From NCBI GenBank assembly GCA_040954595.2, contig CM082581.2, positions 4,890,699 to 4,954,698 on the forward strand: a stretch of 64,000 nucleotides of DNA. The letters run 5' to 3'. The stretch is from Balanoglossus misakiensis. Its lineage: Eukaryota > Animalia > Hemichordata. Positions 27,001-40,452 of this stretch are shown here, piece by piece; positions within the stretch are counted from its first letter, which is position 1, and every line of letters starts with the position of its first letter. A program made the position numbers and the translations under genes. The notes below the pieces were generated by a model. The model was not told the DNA's origin and ran no database searches. It saw only the letters and a program-made list of their open reading frames with translations.

Positions 27001-28111
27001 TTGATTATAATCCAGAAAATGTGCAAATACTTGATTGCACTAAGACAGCAGTGAAATGGCAATGCTGATATGTTCTCGAAATCATTTGAAATTGGAAGGG
27101 CGCGAGTTGAATATCGTCTATGCATTCATGGACCCTATATTCGTTTATTTGAAGTCTTGTCTGAATGTACAGTGTACCTTTCCAGTTCCTGTTTGCTTTT
27201 TGTATGGCGAATGTGTTCAAGGATTATAGAGGATGGCGTTTAGTTACAAATGGTTTGCACCTTTTCTTTGCCAAGGTTCATCAGCAACCGTGGAGGGTGC
27301 AAGACGGGACCCGCTTCCATTGTGTGACTTAACAAGACACCTTGGAGAGAAGTCATTCACGGGGTACTGGTCTAACAAAACTTGGCATCCCGCGGATTGC
27401 AGATTGCAAACTCTCAATGCCACAGAGGCAGAAGCTTGCCTTGACCAAAAACACATTCTTCTCATGGGAGACTCCACGCTCAGACAGTGGTTCCTGTCTC
27501 TCTGCCAAATACTTGGAATAAACAAGAAAGAGATCACGTGGGATGCGCAGTATGGCGGTAAAAGAGGGTACTACGAGCATATTCGAGGATCTGTGGCTCA
27601 CGACTCTAACATCACCATGGAGTTCATGTTCCACCCGCTGCCAATTACCAAGTCCAGGTACAGGATGGAAGATGCCGTTTTTGAAGAAGACGTCATAGAT
27701 GAACTGGTGGATTGCAATCTGGTCGTCGTGGTCAGCCCCTGGGCGCACTACGCCATGTGGACACCAGAGGCGTTTGCTGAACGCCTGTATTACTTGAAAC
27801 TGGCTCTGTCCAGGTTGAAGAGGCGTTGTCCGGGGAGTGTCATCGCGGTGAAAGGGGCGCACGTTCGCGAGATGGGAAAGTGGCCCTACCCGGTTATCAA
27901 CAGTGACTGGATTCTGGAGCACGTCAATAACCAATTGAAGGTGACATTTGCCCCCGAAACGTGGCTGATGTTCTTTGACTCGTGGGATATGAATTTATCG
28001 CACCCTGGAAAACATGATGTCCATATGCCCCCTGAAGTCATACGTGAAGAACTCAGGTTGTTTTTGTCGTTCATCTGTCAAAAGGGAACCAAAAATATAA
28101 GAGGCATTTAA
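24094..28111 (+). CDS. NXPE (neurexophilin/PC-esterase) family protein, ~552 aa
   Basis: Exons 24094-24168 (signal anchor), 25811-26511 (Ig-like GGDYWRA..D..NGTY..LVHTREAV), 26903-26949 and 27276-28111 (GYW..W, LMGDSTLRQW, D.WDM, HDVHMP) splice in frame. Confidence 0.92.
25023..25175. mobile_element. MITE with TAG...CTA termini and a 9-bp TSD, in NXPE intron 1
   Basis: TIR TAGACTCTCTCACAGCCC / GGGCTGTGAGACAGTCTA. Direct repeat AATGAACGC at 25014-25022 and 25176-25184. Confidence 0.85.
26650..26827. repeat. (CATA)n microsatellite
   Basis: Perfect tetranucleotide tract in NXPE intron 2. Confidence 0.98.
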
Positions 28112-29589
28112 CGTGTGATTTTTTTTTTGTTTAAGTGTAGCCTGGATATCGTTGTCGTTTTCATTCCACCGCACACTGAAATAGCGCAGTTTATACCTGA
28201 CGAAGACAAGTTGGATGTTGTCGAAACGTTAAAGGGCTTGGTGAAGTGTCCGACACACTTTATTGCCTGTGACCGATGCAGTTACAATGCAGATGGTTCA
28301 CAGACATTCGAGAGTCTACGCTAAAATGAAGTAATATCAGTTTTGACATTTTTTTTTCTCGTTCCGAGACTCAAAACTGTCAGCAGTTACAATTTTGTGT
28401 GATACTATGAGCAGCCTCAATGCGACTCGAAGACAAAATATGAACCGACAGAACACGTGTATTCAAAAGTACAAAGTTTATTGAATAAGCTCACATAATA
28501 TGAAATTCTGAAATTCCTGTGGATACAGATTACGATACAATGTATATAATAAGTTTGTATATGTATCCTATAATTATGAGGCGATGGAAAATGAATCGCG
28601 AATATCTTTGAAACTTTTTTTACCAATTTCGTTATACATTTCCAATACCATTATATGGTAAAATCAACGCTGAAATAAAATTATTTTATAGTCACATACG
28701 TATTTTATTATTTTTGTAATAATTTGCCTATTGTTTCATTATTTTTTGGTAAACATTTATTTGCTTATTCATCTTTATTTTGCAATAACTTTGCAATATA
28801 ATATAATTACTTTGTAATCATTTGTTCATCTCCCCATGCCGTTACTGTGTTTTATATTCACAAACACCAATTTGTGCATATCAAATATCATCAAACTTTC
28901 AAAACACAGACACATGAAAAATGTCTCCAAATTTCAAGGTAAAGTATACTCTATTCTATTTTTCAAGGAAGATTGCTCATTAAAATGATTCTATCAAAGT
29001 GATATATACAAATACATTTTCATCTGCATAATTGATGACAGAAATAGGGGATGACATACATTAATACAATCATGATGTAATTACTATATACTCAATGCAA
29101 AAGTTTACAAAGATTGTGTCATAGTTGTTTCATTAAAATATTTCGGTCTTTCTATGCAGTTCAATACCGCCAGCCCGGCTGTCATGTATCCACAGATAAT
29201 TTACTTTGGATAACTCCTTTAATACGCAAGCAATGACCAATATGCATGTTCTTACCATTTGTATTGTAAACTGTGACAAACTGCAGATTTTTGTTTAACG
29301 CTGACCAGCTGTGCTGGACCTAAGACAGACAGACAGACAGACGGTGGTTTACGGACGGCTGAACAGGCAGACAGACAGGCAGTTCTAGCAGAATCTTACG
29401 CCGGAATTGAATTATTTGCTTAGCGTTACCAATCTCGATCTTCCCTGACAGTGCTTGAACTGTGTATATGTTTTTAACAATTGATGAAAATTCCATTAGG
29501 GTTAAGCAATTCAGAAAGTTCTTTAGATTGTGCGGGTAAACTTTAATCCTTACTTTTTCACCATCAGTTAGTGTTTCTATTTAAATGAA

Positions 29590-32500
29590 TCACATCTGAT
29601 TTATCAGCACTCCAAGCATTGAAATGGCAATGGCCGCCCAATGATACGCGTTCGGACCATCGGCAGCAGAATAACAATCCCGAACTTCCTGTTCCAGTGG
29701 TTCTGTGATTTCAGGAACATTTTGTCTGGACAGATGGCTCTGAAAAAATATATTCGCCACATTGTGAAGCTAACGAAGACACTGGTATTTATTTTCAAAA
29801 TTTAACCAATCGATAAATGCATTTCACAATTCTCGTTTACAGTTTTCAGTGGATATTTACACAATCACCTCTAATTAACATTATGCCCATACATGTATAT
29901 GGTATGATTGAAGGGGCGTGTCTTTGTCTTTGAGTGACATGTATTATCAAAAAGCAAATTCAGCTAACCACATGATCCTAAATAGTACGTTTATGGTGTT
30001 TTATTGAGCTGGGGAACACACGTTTAGTGTCACTGAAATGTTTGGTATCACACATTACAAGAATCTTTGACACAGAGGTGCTCTTAAGAAAAGACAGAAA
30101 CTATTACCGTTAATATAAGAATAGGTAACATAGACTGCCCTTACCGGATGAGGTTTGTAACTGTTCTCCAAGCAGGCGTTTATGTAGGCACGTCGATATG
30201 TCGCTGCTTCAAAATCATCAATTTGTTTCTGAGTCCACGGTTGCGCATTCAACACGTCGGTTACTGTCTGCCCGGCGTATTGCTGTGGTTCAACGACGGT
30301 CGGGGGATTGGTGCTATTAAAAGATGAACACGTTTGGTTACACCATCACAATATAACTGTTCTAGAGTCAACCTGTCGTATGCGATACTAATATCCAATG
30401 TTGAACGTTCAGGGATAATATGCAAGTACCTTAAAGATAGAGTCTTGAAGTAAATTGAATCGAACACTTCTACCGAGTGTTTGTCTGTCTCTCCGTCTCT
30501 GTCTCTCTGTCTGCCTCTCTCTGTATTTGCGTCTCTGTCTCTGTCTGTCTCTGTATGTCTGTCTCTCTCTCTCTCTTTCTCTCTCCCTCTCTCTCCCTCT
30601 GTCTCTCTGTCTCTCTGTCTCTCTCTGTCTCTCTCTCTCTCTCTCTCCCTCCCTCTCTCTCTCTCCCTCTCTTCTGGTGACGTCTGCAATAACTTGTGGT
30701 GTGTATAAGTACTTACTCGTAGGAAATCTGTGTAACGTTGCAGCAGGCATTCATTCCGAAATCAAGTATTGGGACACTCATACACTTTGGTAATTTTATA
30801 CGAGGGTAGTAGTAAATAAAGTTTAGGCACATTTCTTCCGCCGTCGACAGACCTCCCTACAACAGGATGGAGTTGAGTTAATGAAACTACAAAAGTATGT
30901 GACCACTGCAGTTAACGAGGCGATGACACCCTAGTAACTTGTGCAGTAGTTTGTATGAAAACTTAAGCACAAAAATCACTTTTTACAAATCATCAACAAT
31001 GTAACGGATGCCAAAAGTTTTGAGTCAGTAGTTCGTAATAGAATAACTGTTTTTTTTTTTCGGTGATCAGTAAAGACATTTATAGGAACTGAATAACGAA
31101 CGGACTGATACATTACCGGTAAATACAGTGTAGATGAAACGGTACTGTTACTTACTCTGGTCATAGTTGTCCTGTCTTCTGTATTATACGTGCACTCAGT
31201 AACCAAGCGATCACCCTTGAAACGGAGAAAATCAATTTAAACTAACATACGTTTTGAATATTATATTACCTGTACGGGTTAACGTTTGTGTTAATATATC
31301 GTTGTCGAGTTTTACTAATCGAGAAATGTGAAGTTTGCTGGACCGGTCGATATTTAGTGTGAGTGATATTTAGTCAGGTTATGGTAAGCGAACCTGGTGG
31401 TTGTGATTGTGAAAAGCATGTGTTTAGTTTCATACAAATTCATTTCAGAAACTTTATGGGCATGTATATTGGGCGGTGAATTGTCTTCATGTCATAAGTA
31501 TTCCAATGAGAGTAGCACAGCGGCTGGTTGTGAAAAACCATGAATTAATCTAAACATACAACTTCTAAACAGTTATCGAAGTATGGAATTGACCAGAGAC
31601 GAGGAATATCTTGAAATGTCATAGATGAGAATCTCTTCACTAACCGGCTGTATTATGATAGGTTCACGCAGATGACGCATTTCCTGTAGGTTAAAATCAT
31701 ACGAGTCGTCTTCGCCAATCAGTGGTTTCTCGACTCCCTCCCGGAAATGACGCGTACGTATTTGTGTCCCAGCCAGATGAGCGTGTAATAGGTACGCAAA
31801 TACATTGATGCTGGTGCCGGCGTTGCCCTGTGTATAGGAGTAAAGAAGGTGTGGCCAGAATAGGTCATTTACCGCACACTGCGAGATCTCGCGAGACATG
31901 ATTCGTTGCAGTGGCAAGAGGTTGCCAGCCAAGAAGTAAGAGTCACGTTTTGTTTGAAATTAGAAAAGGTGCAGAATTTAACAAAAACTTTAAATTGTAA
32001 CACAACGGGCCATGTGTTTTTTTTTCGCCCAGTGTCACAATGTCCCCTTACATTGACTGCAAAACCACGTTCGATTTCGCAGGGCCACGGAAAATGGTAG
32101 GCCCTATGTGATCCTTATTTGAACAGCGTTCAAAATATAACCATGGGTACCCATGCAGCTATATGCATCAGTGAATTTGTCAGCGGAAACGGCCGCTGGC
32201 GGCGCTGAACCAGGCTGACAAGGTATTACCAAAATGAACATCACATATTCTCTACTTACGTCATCAAAGCAGTCCGCGGAGCAAAATCCATAGGTTGTAA
32301 ATGCGGGTGCTTTGGGTGGAATGTACTGCCCTTGGGAACGCACTATATTGCCAACTTCCAAGATCGCAGCGTCGTTCTCGCGTAGTATGGGCGTGTAGTA
32401 AATTCGCATACCAGACGAGTCAACGAAAGCTGATGGCAGTAGGAGAAAATAACACAAAATTTAGAATGTGTCATAATGCATGCAGACATGGGCTCCCAAT

Positions 32501-35444
32501 ACAAACCAGAGAATATCATGGAAACGTGCGCAAAAATAACTTCACACTTACTGTCTTTTAAGTCAGGATTGTCGTAATGCGTTTCCATTAAAACAAAGTC
32601 GGGATCGCCGTTTACCAGATCACCCAAAGAAAATCCAGCTTCTTCTGGCATGGAGAATCCCTGGAAATGAGTTAGGGAATGCATTTGAAGTATTTTACTG
32701 TGGAAAAATTTCGAAATTTGGCAGCTTTAGGGGCTTTAACGCCTACAAGTTCCATTGTGCCCTAATCATAGTGTATGTTGACGCATGATCTTTTTTTTTT
32801 TTTTTTTTTTTTTGGGGGGGGGGGAGGTTTGACATGTTGACCTACCCCTCCACCGATGGCCCAGGAGATAATGACTGATGTACAAGCAGTCAGATTTTCT
32901 GGCATGTTCGGTGAATAGCACTCGTGCCCGAAACCATGGTAACTGTCATCGACGCCGTAGTGACACTGATACATCAGTATATGGTGGACGAGGGATTCGT
33001 GGCCTTCTTGGACGATTGGTTCGTACTGGAACGAATCAAAGTTCAGTGAGATCACAAGCTACAATGACGTTGGAACTCAACAGTAACGAAAAAGTACTTG
33101 ATACATTATACACGTCACCGCGAAATTCAAAGATCTCTTGGAATTTTAGTAAACTGAAACTTATATATTGCATCAAAGCGTGTCCCTGCTACTTACCCTG
33201 ATCATGTGGTGTTTTCTGTCCAACGTTGGCATTTTAAATGCCTGGCACCAATACGTTGTGTCTTTGTGGTGAGGCACGCTTATCTAAAATAACAGGAAAA
33301 CCCGGAGTTATTAATCTACGAAAGGATGAAACGCGTGATTGCTGCAGTGGGACGTTCTTTTGGCATTTGATGTTCACCTGGCATTTTTCTAGACATGTAA
33401 ATGTTAAATTTTTCCTAAAATTGGAACTGCCAAATATGATACATTGAGGAACCACCATATTTAAATTACTCCCGGTGCCTACTTACGTTAGGATTGAGAA
33501 AGTCGTATGTGATTAAGTCGTCTCCCGTTGGCATCTCTGGATCGGCCGGAGCAACGCCTAGCAAGTGTACACTGCGAGTACCGCGCTGTTCCGAACCGTG
33601 GTACGGCAAACCTGTCTCTGTCTCGGGATCGTCGGCGTGGTAGGCGTAGATGAGACGCAGAGTGCCGGACTTCAAATTGAAATAGGGCGAAAATGCAGAA
33701 GATGTTATTTTAGAAACTTGGCAATTTGTGCGTGAAGTTGGCAACAAGCGACACTTTTTATCCGGCACGAGGAAGACTGAAGGGGCTTTCCTTGGACTGT
33801 CGACAACCCTCCAGGTTCATGTATACATGTACATATAGGTGTATTTCTGCACAATATTGGTAACTGCTAAATCCCATAGTCGGTAATTATATATTACACC
33901 AATCACTGCTATCCATATTATCAATCTACACTTATGACGTCGATTGACAGTCTATAGACACACATGAAGAGGACATTTATTTTACTACGCTACTGTTATT
34001 ATTTAATATATACTCCACTCATCGCAACTTAAAAGGAACACAAAGTTGGCCTTGTTCGGGTTTTGTCAGATTATAAAATGTCACGACTGAGTTTTCACGC
34101 TTACAGATCTTTTCTATGATAACGTAAGAAGTCTTTCACCTGTTTGCTTTAGTGTTGGCAAAAGAACTTGACCAAAAGTAATCAAGATTGTGTAATTGAT
34201 ATATGTCAGAACGAGATATCACGCACTCAGTTCATGTTTAAGAAATATTCAGATGACGTGTTCTTTTTATGACTTAATACTTGACTAATGTATTTATAAG
34301 GTGTGGTGAAATTTGAGATTACACCATTACCATTACTACTTAGATCCGTGATGGGCGGGGTCAACCACCTGTAATTTTGCCCACTAGAATATACTCTTGT
34401 CACCACAAAAACGAGGCTCTGTTTCCCGATGACTTACGGTTATCACTCGGTCTTGATCATCACAGGTGTCAAGTTTCCTTGAAAACGTCAGCACGGTGTG
34501 TGTTTCCGTTTCCATTCCTCCAATTAGCTCATAATCCTGTCGATCGTCTATAGCTGGCTCCCCGTTGGCACTCGCAAAACGATCCTGCATTGTCAACGGT
34601 AGATAGAAAATTGCAATTCACTAAATATCAAGCACTCTAAGTCTTTTACTCGTATACGTACATATTAGACAATCTGTAGACCCCGGTTTTAATAACGGTC
34701 TGTGATTCAACTGACAAGGTGAAACCATTAATTTTGAAAACATTCTTAAAGATATACGGCCACCTTGGCAAATTTAACAATTACCATGGTAAATTGAAAT
34801 CTAGTCAGTGACAGATTTTAAGTTGGTGGCACAAGAGAAAAAAGAGCGCCACCATGTCCTTTCAGGAGTGGGAATATGTAAACCGTGTACCTTTAATATC
34901 TCATCATTGTGTACTGGTCAGTATCCCGACCAGGCCAAACACATATTGCTCAATGCTGGATGTTGTAAAACAGCAACATTTCACATTTGATTCGTCTGCA
35001 TAGTCATGAGCAATGTCGCATTTATCACGAATGAAACGTTCGCGATTTAGCTTCGTTGTAACGAGAACGAAACAGCTCAGAAATGTGGGCGACAGGTTAT
35101 ACGTAAAAAGGGGGTGGGGCGCTTTCCCCAGTAACAGTATGTAAACATTGTACTTTCCTTGTAAAAACTGTAGATTTATTTATGATTCCGCTTTATTGTA
35201 GTGGTCTGTTTACATACATGATGACTGTGGATGATGCATCATGAGTCCTGACGGTCACGCCACACATTGTGTGGAGTGACCGTGATATAGTGTACGTTCA
35301 CCTTTCACTGACATTTTGTGACGTCACTGCATGGCCAGCGTGGAGCCCTTTCTTCCTATTGTTATACCCTGGCATGCTGCCCCCATCGACCTCTGCCACT
35401 CATTCACCCAGTCACTCATGATCACTCACACTTGTATGTTTGTT

Positions 35445-35481
<37 letters not shown>

Positions 35482-36119
35482 GCCTGTATGTATGTATATC
35501 TGTCTGTCTGTCTGTCTAGATCGCTGGCTGACTGGCTTTAATCCATCGCTGCATGATATTTCATCATCATTCGGATTTTTACTGTGATCTGGTTGAGAAA
35601 TCATGCGCTCCAATATAATTGGAAAGATTTATATAAAACGTAGCATTTTTTAAAAGTATGTTTGGTGTGTACCGTATATTTCCCCATAAGCGCCTCTAAT
35701 TTCTCCGCACCCATTTATAGGAAAACAAATCCATAATTAGTATTCCTGCATGGAAAGCTTTCCCAAACTGACAAGATTGCATCTTTTCCTTGCCACATTT
35801 CAACGTCAACTACAAGTTCGTTAAAAATTCTCCTTACCGTCAAATACGTCTGTCCATCCTTCACCCATCCGATGGCGATGTCGGCATTGGCCATGCCTCC
35901 GTTGGGCGAGATACCAAAGCCAACATAGCCGTGAGTCTCGGCGTGCACTTCGAATGTTATGGTGTCATCGTCGTACTTCCAATACAAGTGGACTTTTCCG
36001 AAGTTATCCAACGCAGCGTCGTGTGTGTAAGTGTCTGTAGGCGCTAGAGTTGCTCGGCTTGCGCAGACAATCGCAGCCGACAGGATTGCAGCCAGTGGAA
36101 GTTGGCGATACATTCTCAT
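29590..36119 (-). CDS. MOXD1: DBH-like monooxygenase (MOXD1 family, copper type II ascorbate-dependent)
   Basis: Signal peptide, DOMON domain (GYVGFGISPNGGMANADIAIGW), DTTYWC, copper ligands LVHHIL, ETHYDNP, LLHAHLAG and EEMCL, plus YDFNLQ and ECTYNT. Twelve exons from 35838-36119 to 29590-29739; the last encodes a hydrophobic tail (..WAAIAISMLGVLINQM*). Confidence 0.93.
30481..30672. repeat. (CT)n/(CTGT)n compound microsatellite
   Basis: Pyrimidine-rich simple repeat in a MOXD1 intron. Confidence 0.95.
34750..34865. mobile_element. Fragment of a dispersed MITE-like repeat, related to 56797-56982 in inverted orientation
   Basis: TATACGGCCACC..TTACCATGGTAAATTGAAATCT..AGATTTTAAGTTGGTGGCACAAGAGAAAAAAGAGCGCCACCAT aligns by eye with the reverse complement of 56870-56980. 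Confidence 0.7.
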
Positions 36120-36178
36120 TCTTTCCGATGTCTTCAAGGGCCCTTGTGTGGAATAACCGGTGAGGAAGGGACCGACCT

Positions 36179-36187
36179 TATTTATAC
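36179..36187 (-). promoter_or_regulatory. TATA box of MOXD1
   Basis: GTATAAATA on the minus strand, about 60 bp upstream of the ATG. Confidence 0.55.
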
Positions 36188-37778
36188 AGTTATATGTCCC
36201 AGCAAATAAACATATTTGCATAACAAGTAAACATTTCGGACGCCTGACTACATGTAGTATGAACCAGGCGCATGCGCGATGATCTAACTTTGTGCACAAG
36301 CAATAGAGTGGTGGTTCCCAAAATCCGGACTTTCTATAAAATACTTCCATCGATGGAAGCTTACAGCCGTCTCACGTCTAGGGAAGGGCTGTTGTCCGTC
36401 GTCAACAAGCAAAGTCGGATTACGGTTCAGATATTCGCACCACTTTGGTAAATCACGACCCGTGGCTTTGGAAATACTACTGGAGGGCATTCGGTTTCAA
36501 TTTTTCTGGGGTTTTTTACACGGATGTAACAAACGTAGTCAGTTTACCGGGTCAGTGTACCCATACTTTGGGGCAAACGACCTTTTATCACATGTCAGAC
36601 ACCCGCGTGAGTCATGCGCCCCGGGGATCATGTGTTCCCATACTCTGCGGCTAACTCGTGCCCGGTCGTGACTGTCTCCATTCCATATCGCACCGTTTTA
36701 TTACTTCAGTCGTATCTGATTCGATTCCATTCCAATTTTCAAAACAGGTCAGAAAGGTCAGAATGTCAGTGAAAGGTAAAGAGCAGTGCAGTGCATGGAA
36801 CTTGCAAGCACAACCTCTGAATAACTCACAAACGGCATTTATGTGTATAGGGAATCGCAATACAGAAGAATCATGAATTAATCGAAGGTTTTCGTGGACA
36901 AAGAAACACGTTTAGTAAATTTTCACCACGTTAAAACTTGTCAAGCAGTTTAGTCCAATGTCAAGCAGTTTAGTCCAAAAAGCTAGAAAATCGGTGAAAG
37001 GTTAAACGTAGTAATTGGCACAACTTTTACAGATTCACAAATGCGTCATATACCCTTTTCGTAGACCTCCGATACCGCATAGAAACGTCATCAGCACAAA
37101 TCGTTTATTGTTTCTCCAAAATAGCCAAAAAAACTGTTCCTTGGACAAATTATTTTTTTCTCCGCTTCTAAAGCAGCGGACGAATGATAAGTGAACATAT
37201 GTTTTCTTGTTTGAATTTCTCCTGCACAACATGTGAATTATTTCTAGTCAGTGACGTCACCACTCAAAAGGTCAGAATGTCGGTGAAAGTTGAGACGTGC
37301 CTGTACTGTAGTGCAGTCTTCTCAATACGTAACGTACTCACATATTGAGTGTAGTGTAACTAGTCCACATATCGAATGTCAGTTCCGAATATTGAAACAC
37401 CTGATTTGGCCACTCACAACCCCCCACAAAAAAACCAAAACAACAACAACAACAACAACAACTTAACAACGAACAACAAGGTCAAGGTGAGGTAAAGAAA
37501 AGAAAAGAAGCATACCAGTCATTGCAGTGCATATTTATTTCCGATAGCCAAAAGAAGATGTAAGTCAACAATACAGATTGCTTGCAGTAGTCATTCAGAT
37601 AGTAACATGTGAAAAGGTAAATGAGAAATTAACTATTTTGATATACATGTAATTCAATGCAGATTAATTGTCAGCCAGCGTTGAAGTGGTCATGCGTCGA
37701 TCTGCGGGTCACACTGAGTTCCATAGTCGCTAGAACGGTATGCTGGTTCCCTCCCAACATCATCGCAACAACCAACGT

Positions 37779-39025
37779 CTATCGCTCTAGTTCGGAGAAA
37801 AGAATAAGGAAGGATTTTAGATTATGCAAAGAATTCACGATATAATTAAGCAATAATCCTCACCCATAACCCTTACCCAAGGATTGGCATTCTACTATAG
37901 GGATAAACTGTGTTAACGCCATCTTGAAAATTTGCAGTGCATTGTGGGTAAAATTAGTTCCGGTTGGGGGGAGTAGCGTCTACAATCAATCCAATTTTCC
38001 AGCGGTTTTGTCAGATTTTCTTCAAGTTACGTTAGTAGTAGTAGTTACATGAAGAAAATCTGACTAAACCGCTGGAAAATGGATAGATTGTAGACGCTAC
38101 TCCCCCCAACCGGAACTAATTTTACCCACAATGCACTGCAAATTTTCAAGATGGCGTTAACACAGTTTATCCCTATATGTAGAACAATTTAGGATACATA
38201 TACACGTCCATTGTAATCAACTGATAAATGTGTATTCGGAAAATGTTCGTTGCAGTATAACCTATAAGTATTATCATGTTCCTATTGTGATAAGTATTTA
38301 ACTCTTTTTATTTTTAATTATTGCTATAATTATTCAAGACATACTTGTGGGTAAAAAGTGGCATATAATTTCAGGTACCTGGTTGACATATGAACGGCAG
38401 AGGAGTGTCACACCAATATTCAGACCATTGGAAGCCTTCAGCCGCACTGTATATGCAAAGTAAATTATAGCATATTCGTTAGGTCATTGTCATGACCCAT
38501 ATATGAACTTACATCCTTGTACTTCCGTTGGTACAAGAAATGTGTAAAATAATATTGCGTAAAGTGACCCGCCCATACAAAGTTAGTAGGCTGTGGACAA
38601 AAATATGTTATCTATACCACCACACATGTAAGATTCACTTCTGAATGGACTTAAAAGATTTGAATTACCGCAATCTTATGCACGAATTAAATCTGTAAAT
38701 TGGCTCTCCGGCTTCCCAAGGCTGGTAACTACCAATTGGCACTCCATCTGTGCTTGCGAAAGCATCTTGACCAGTGGTGATTCTGCCGTTTATCCACACA
38801 TCCGAGTTTATTCCATTGTCTTGGAGCAGCGCCAGGATTGCTGCATGTTTGTCCGCACTTGTGTCTTTCACAAGAGACATGCCATTCGCTTCACACGTTA
38901 CGTAGGCGCTTTTGAATACCCGGGCTGCGGTGTACAACTTCATTGGAGGTTCTTTGAAATCACAATAATTATGGTGAAATATCCAAAAATCATATCCATA
39001 AATCTCCCTCTTTCTCTCTCACTCT

Positions 39026-39064
<39 letters not shown>

Positions 39065-40206
39065 CTCTCTCTCTCTCTCATTATAATTGTGATAATAATG
39101 AGGTACTACATGCCCGGATTACATGCATGAATCATGTCGTCTTGGGGGAAACCTAATTTTACTATTATTGTCAACGTATTACTACGTGGTATACAGTTAC
39201 CTTGTTCACATACATATGCTTTTGTTGCAGCACACGAGGCATCATCCCAATTGTGGCCTGCGCCCGCCCTGTATACATGTATACATAATGAAGAGAAAAA
39301 TTATTAGTAAGATAACCTGCCTCAAATCAGACACGGAGTACAGAGCAATGTACAGTAGTGTGTGACGCATGTACGTTCATCTTAATTTGGGAGTCTAAAT
39401 TGTAAATTTGTCTTTATTATATATGTTTAACTCACCAAAGTTGCAAACAACCACTGACTCCGTTTGGTTCTCCCCATGCCCAAGGCTGGTAATGACCCAG
39501 TGGCACTCCGTCGGTGGTCACCCAAGCGCCGGGGGAGTCTTCTTTGCCATTCACCCAAACATTCGATTGTCCCATTCCATCTTCCTCAAGCAGCTCGATT
39601 ATTGCCGCGTGTTTTATCGCACTTGTGTCCTTCACAAGATTCATGCCGAAAATCTCACATGTCTCCTGGGCATTGCTGAAGGTCCTGTGCTCAGGGAACG
39701 CCGACAGTGCAAACTTGAATTCTTAACAAAAAATAGAAATACTCTAATTTTAAATTCACAAGAACGAAGTCACATGGTTAAACAATAAAATACAATAAAA
39801 TGCGCAGATCAACGGCAACATTTTTTTCACATGTATAATGAGTATTGTTGAAGATCTTCTGGTCAGACAATAACGTCATTGGTAGCCAAATGCAAATGCT
39901 CCTCACATGAACAAACATACATACATGATACATGATACATGATACCTACCTACATACATACATACATACATACATACATACATACATACATACATACATA
40001 CATACATACATACATACATACATACATACATACATACATACATACATACATACATACATACATACATACATACATACATACATACATACATACATACATA
40101 CATACATACATACATACATACATACATACATACATACATACATACATACATACATACATACATACATACATACATACATACATACATACATACATACATA
40201 CATACA

Positions 40207-40238
<32 letters not shown>

Positions 40239-40351
40239 CACACACACACACACACACATACATACATACATACATACATACATACATACATACATACATA
40301 CATACATACATACATACATACATACATACATACATACATACATACATACAT

Positions 40352-40388
<37 letters not shown>

Positions 40389-40417
40389 TACGTACGTACG
40401 TACGTACGTACGTACGT

Positions 40418-40452
<35 letters not shown>

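Noticed and set aside
30261-30793. ER-rich and SL-rich ORFs (also at 62218-62540 and 42784-43076)
   Set aside because: Translations of (CT)n and (TCA)n simple repeats. The real MOXD1 exon here is ~30144-30314, in a different frame.
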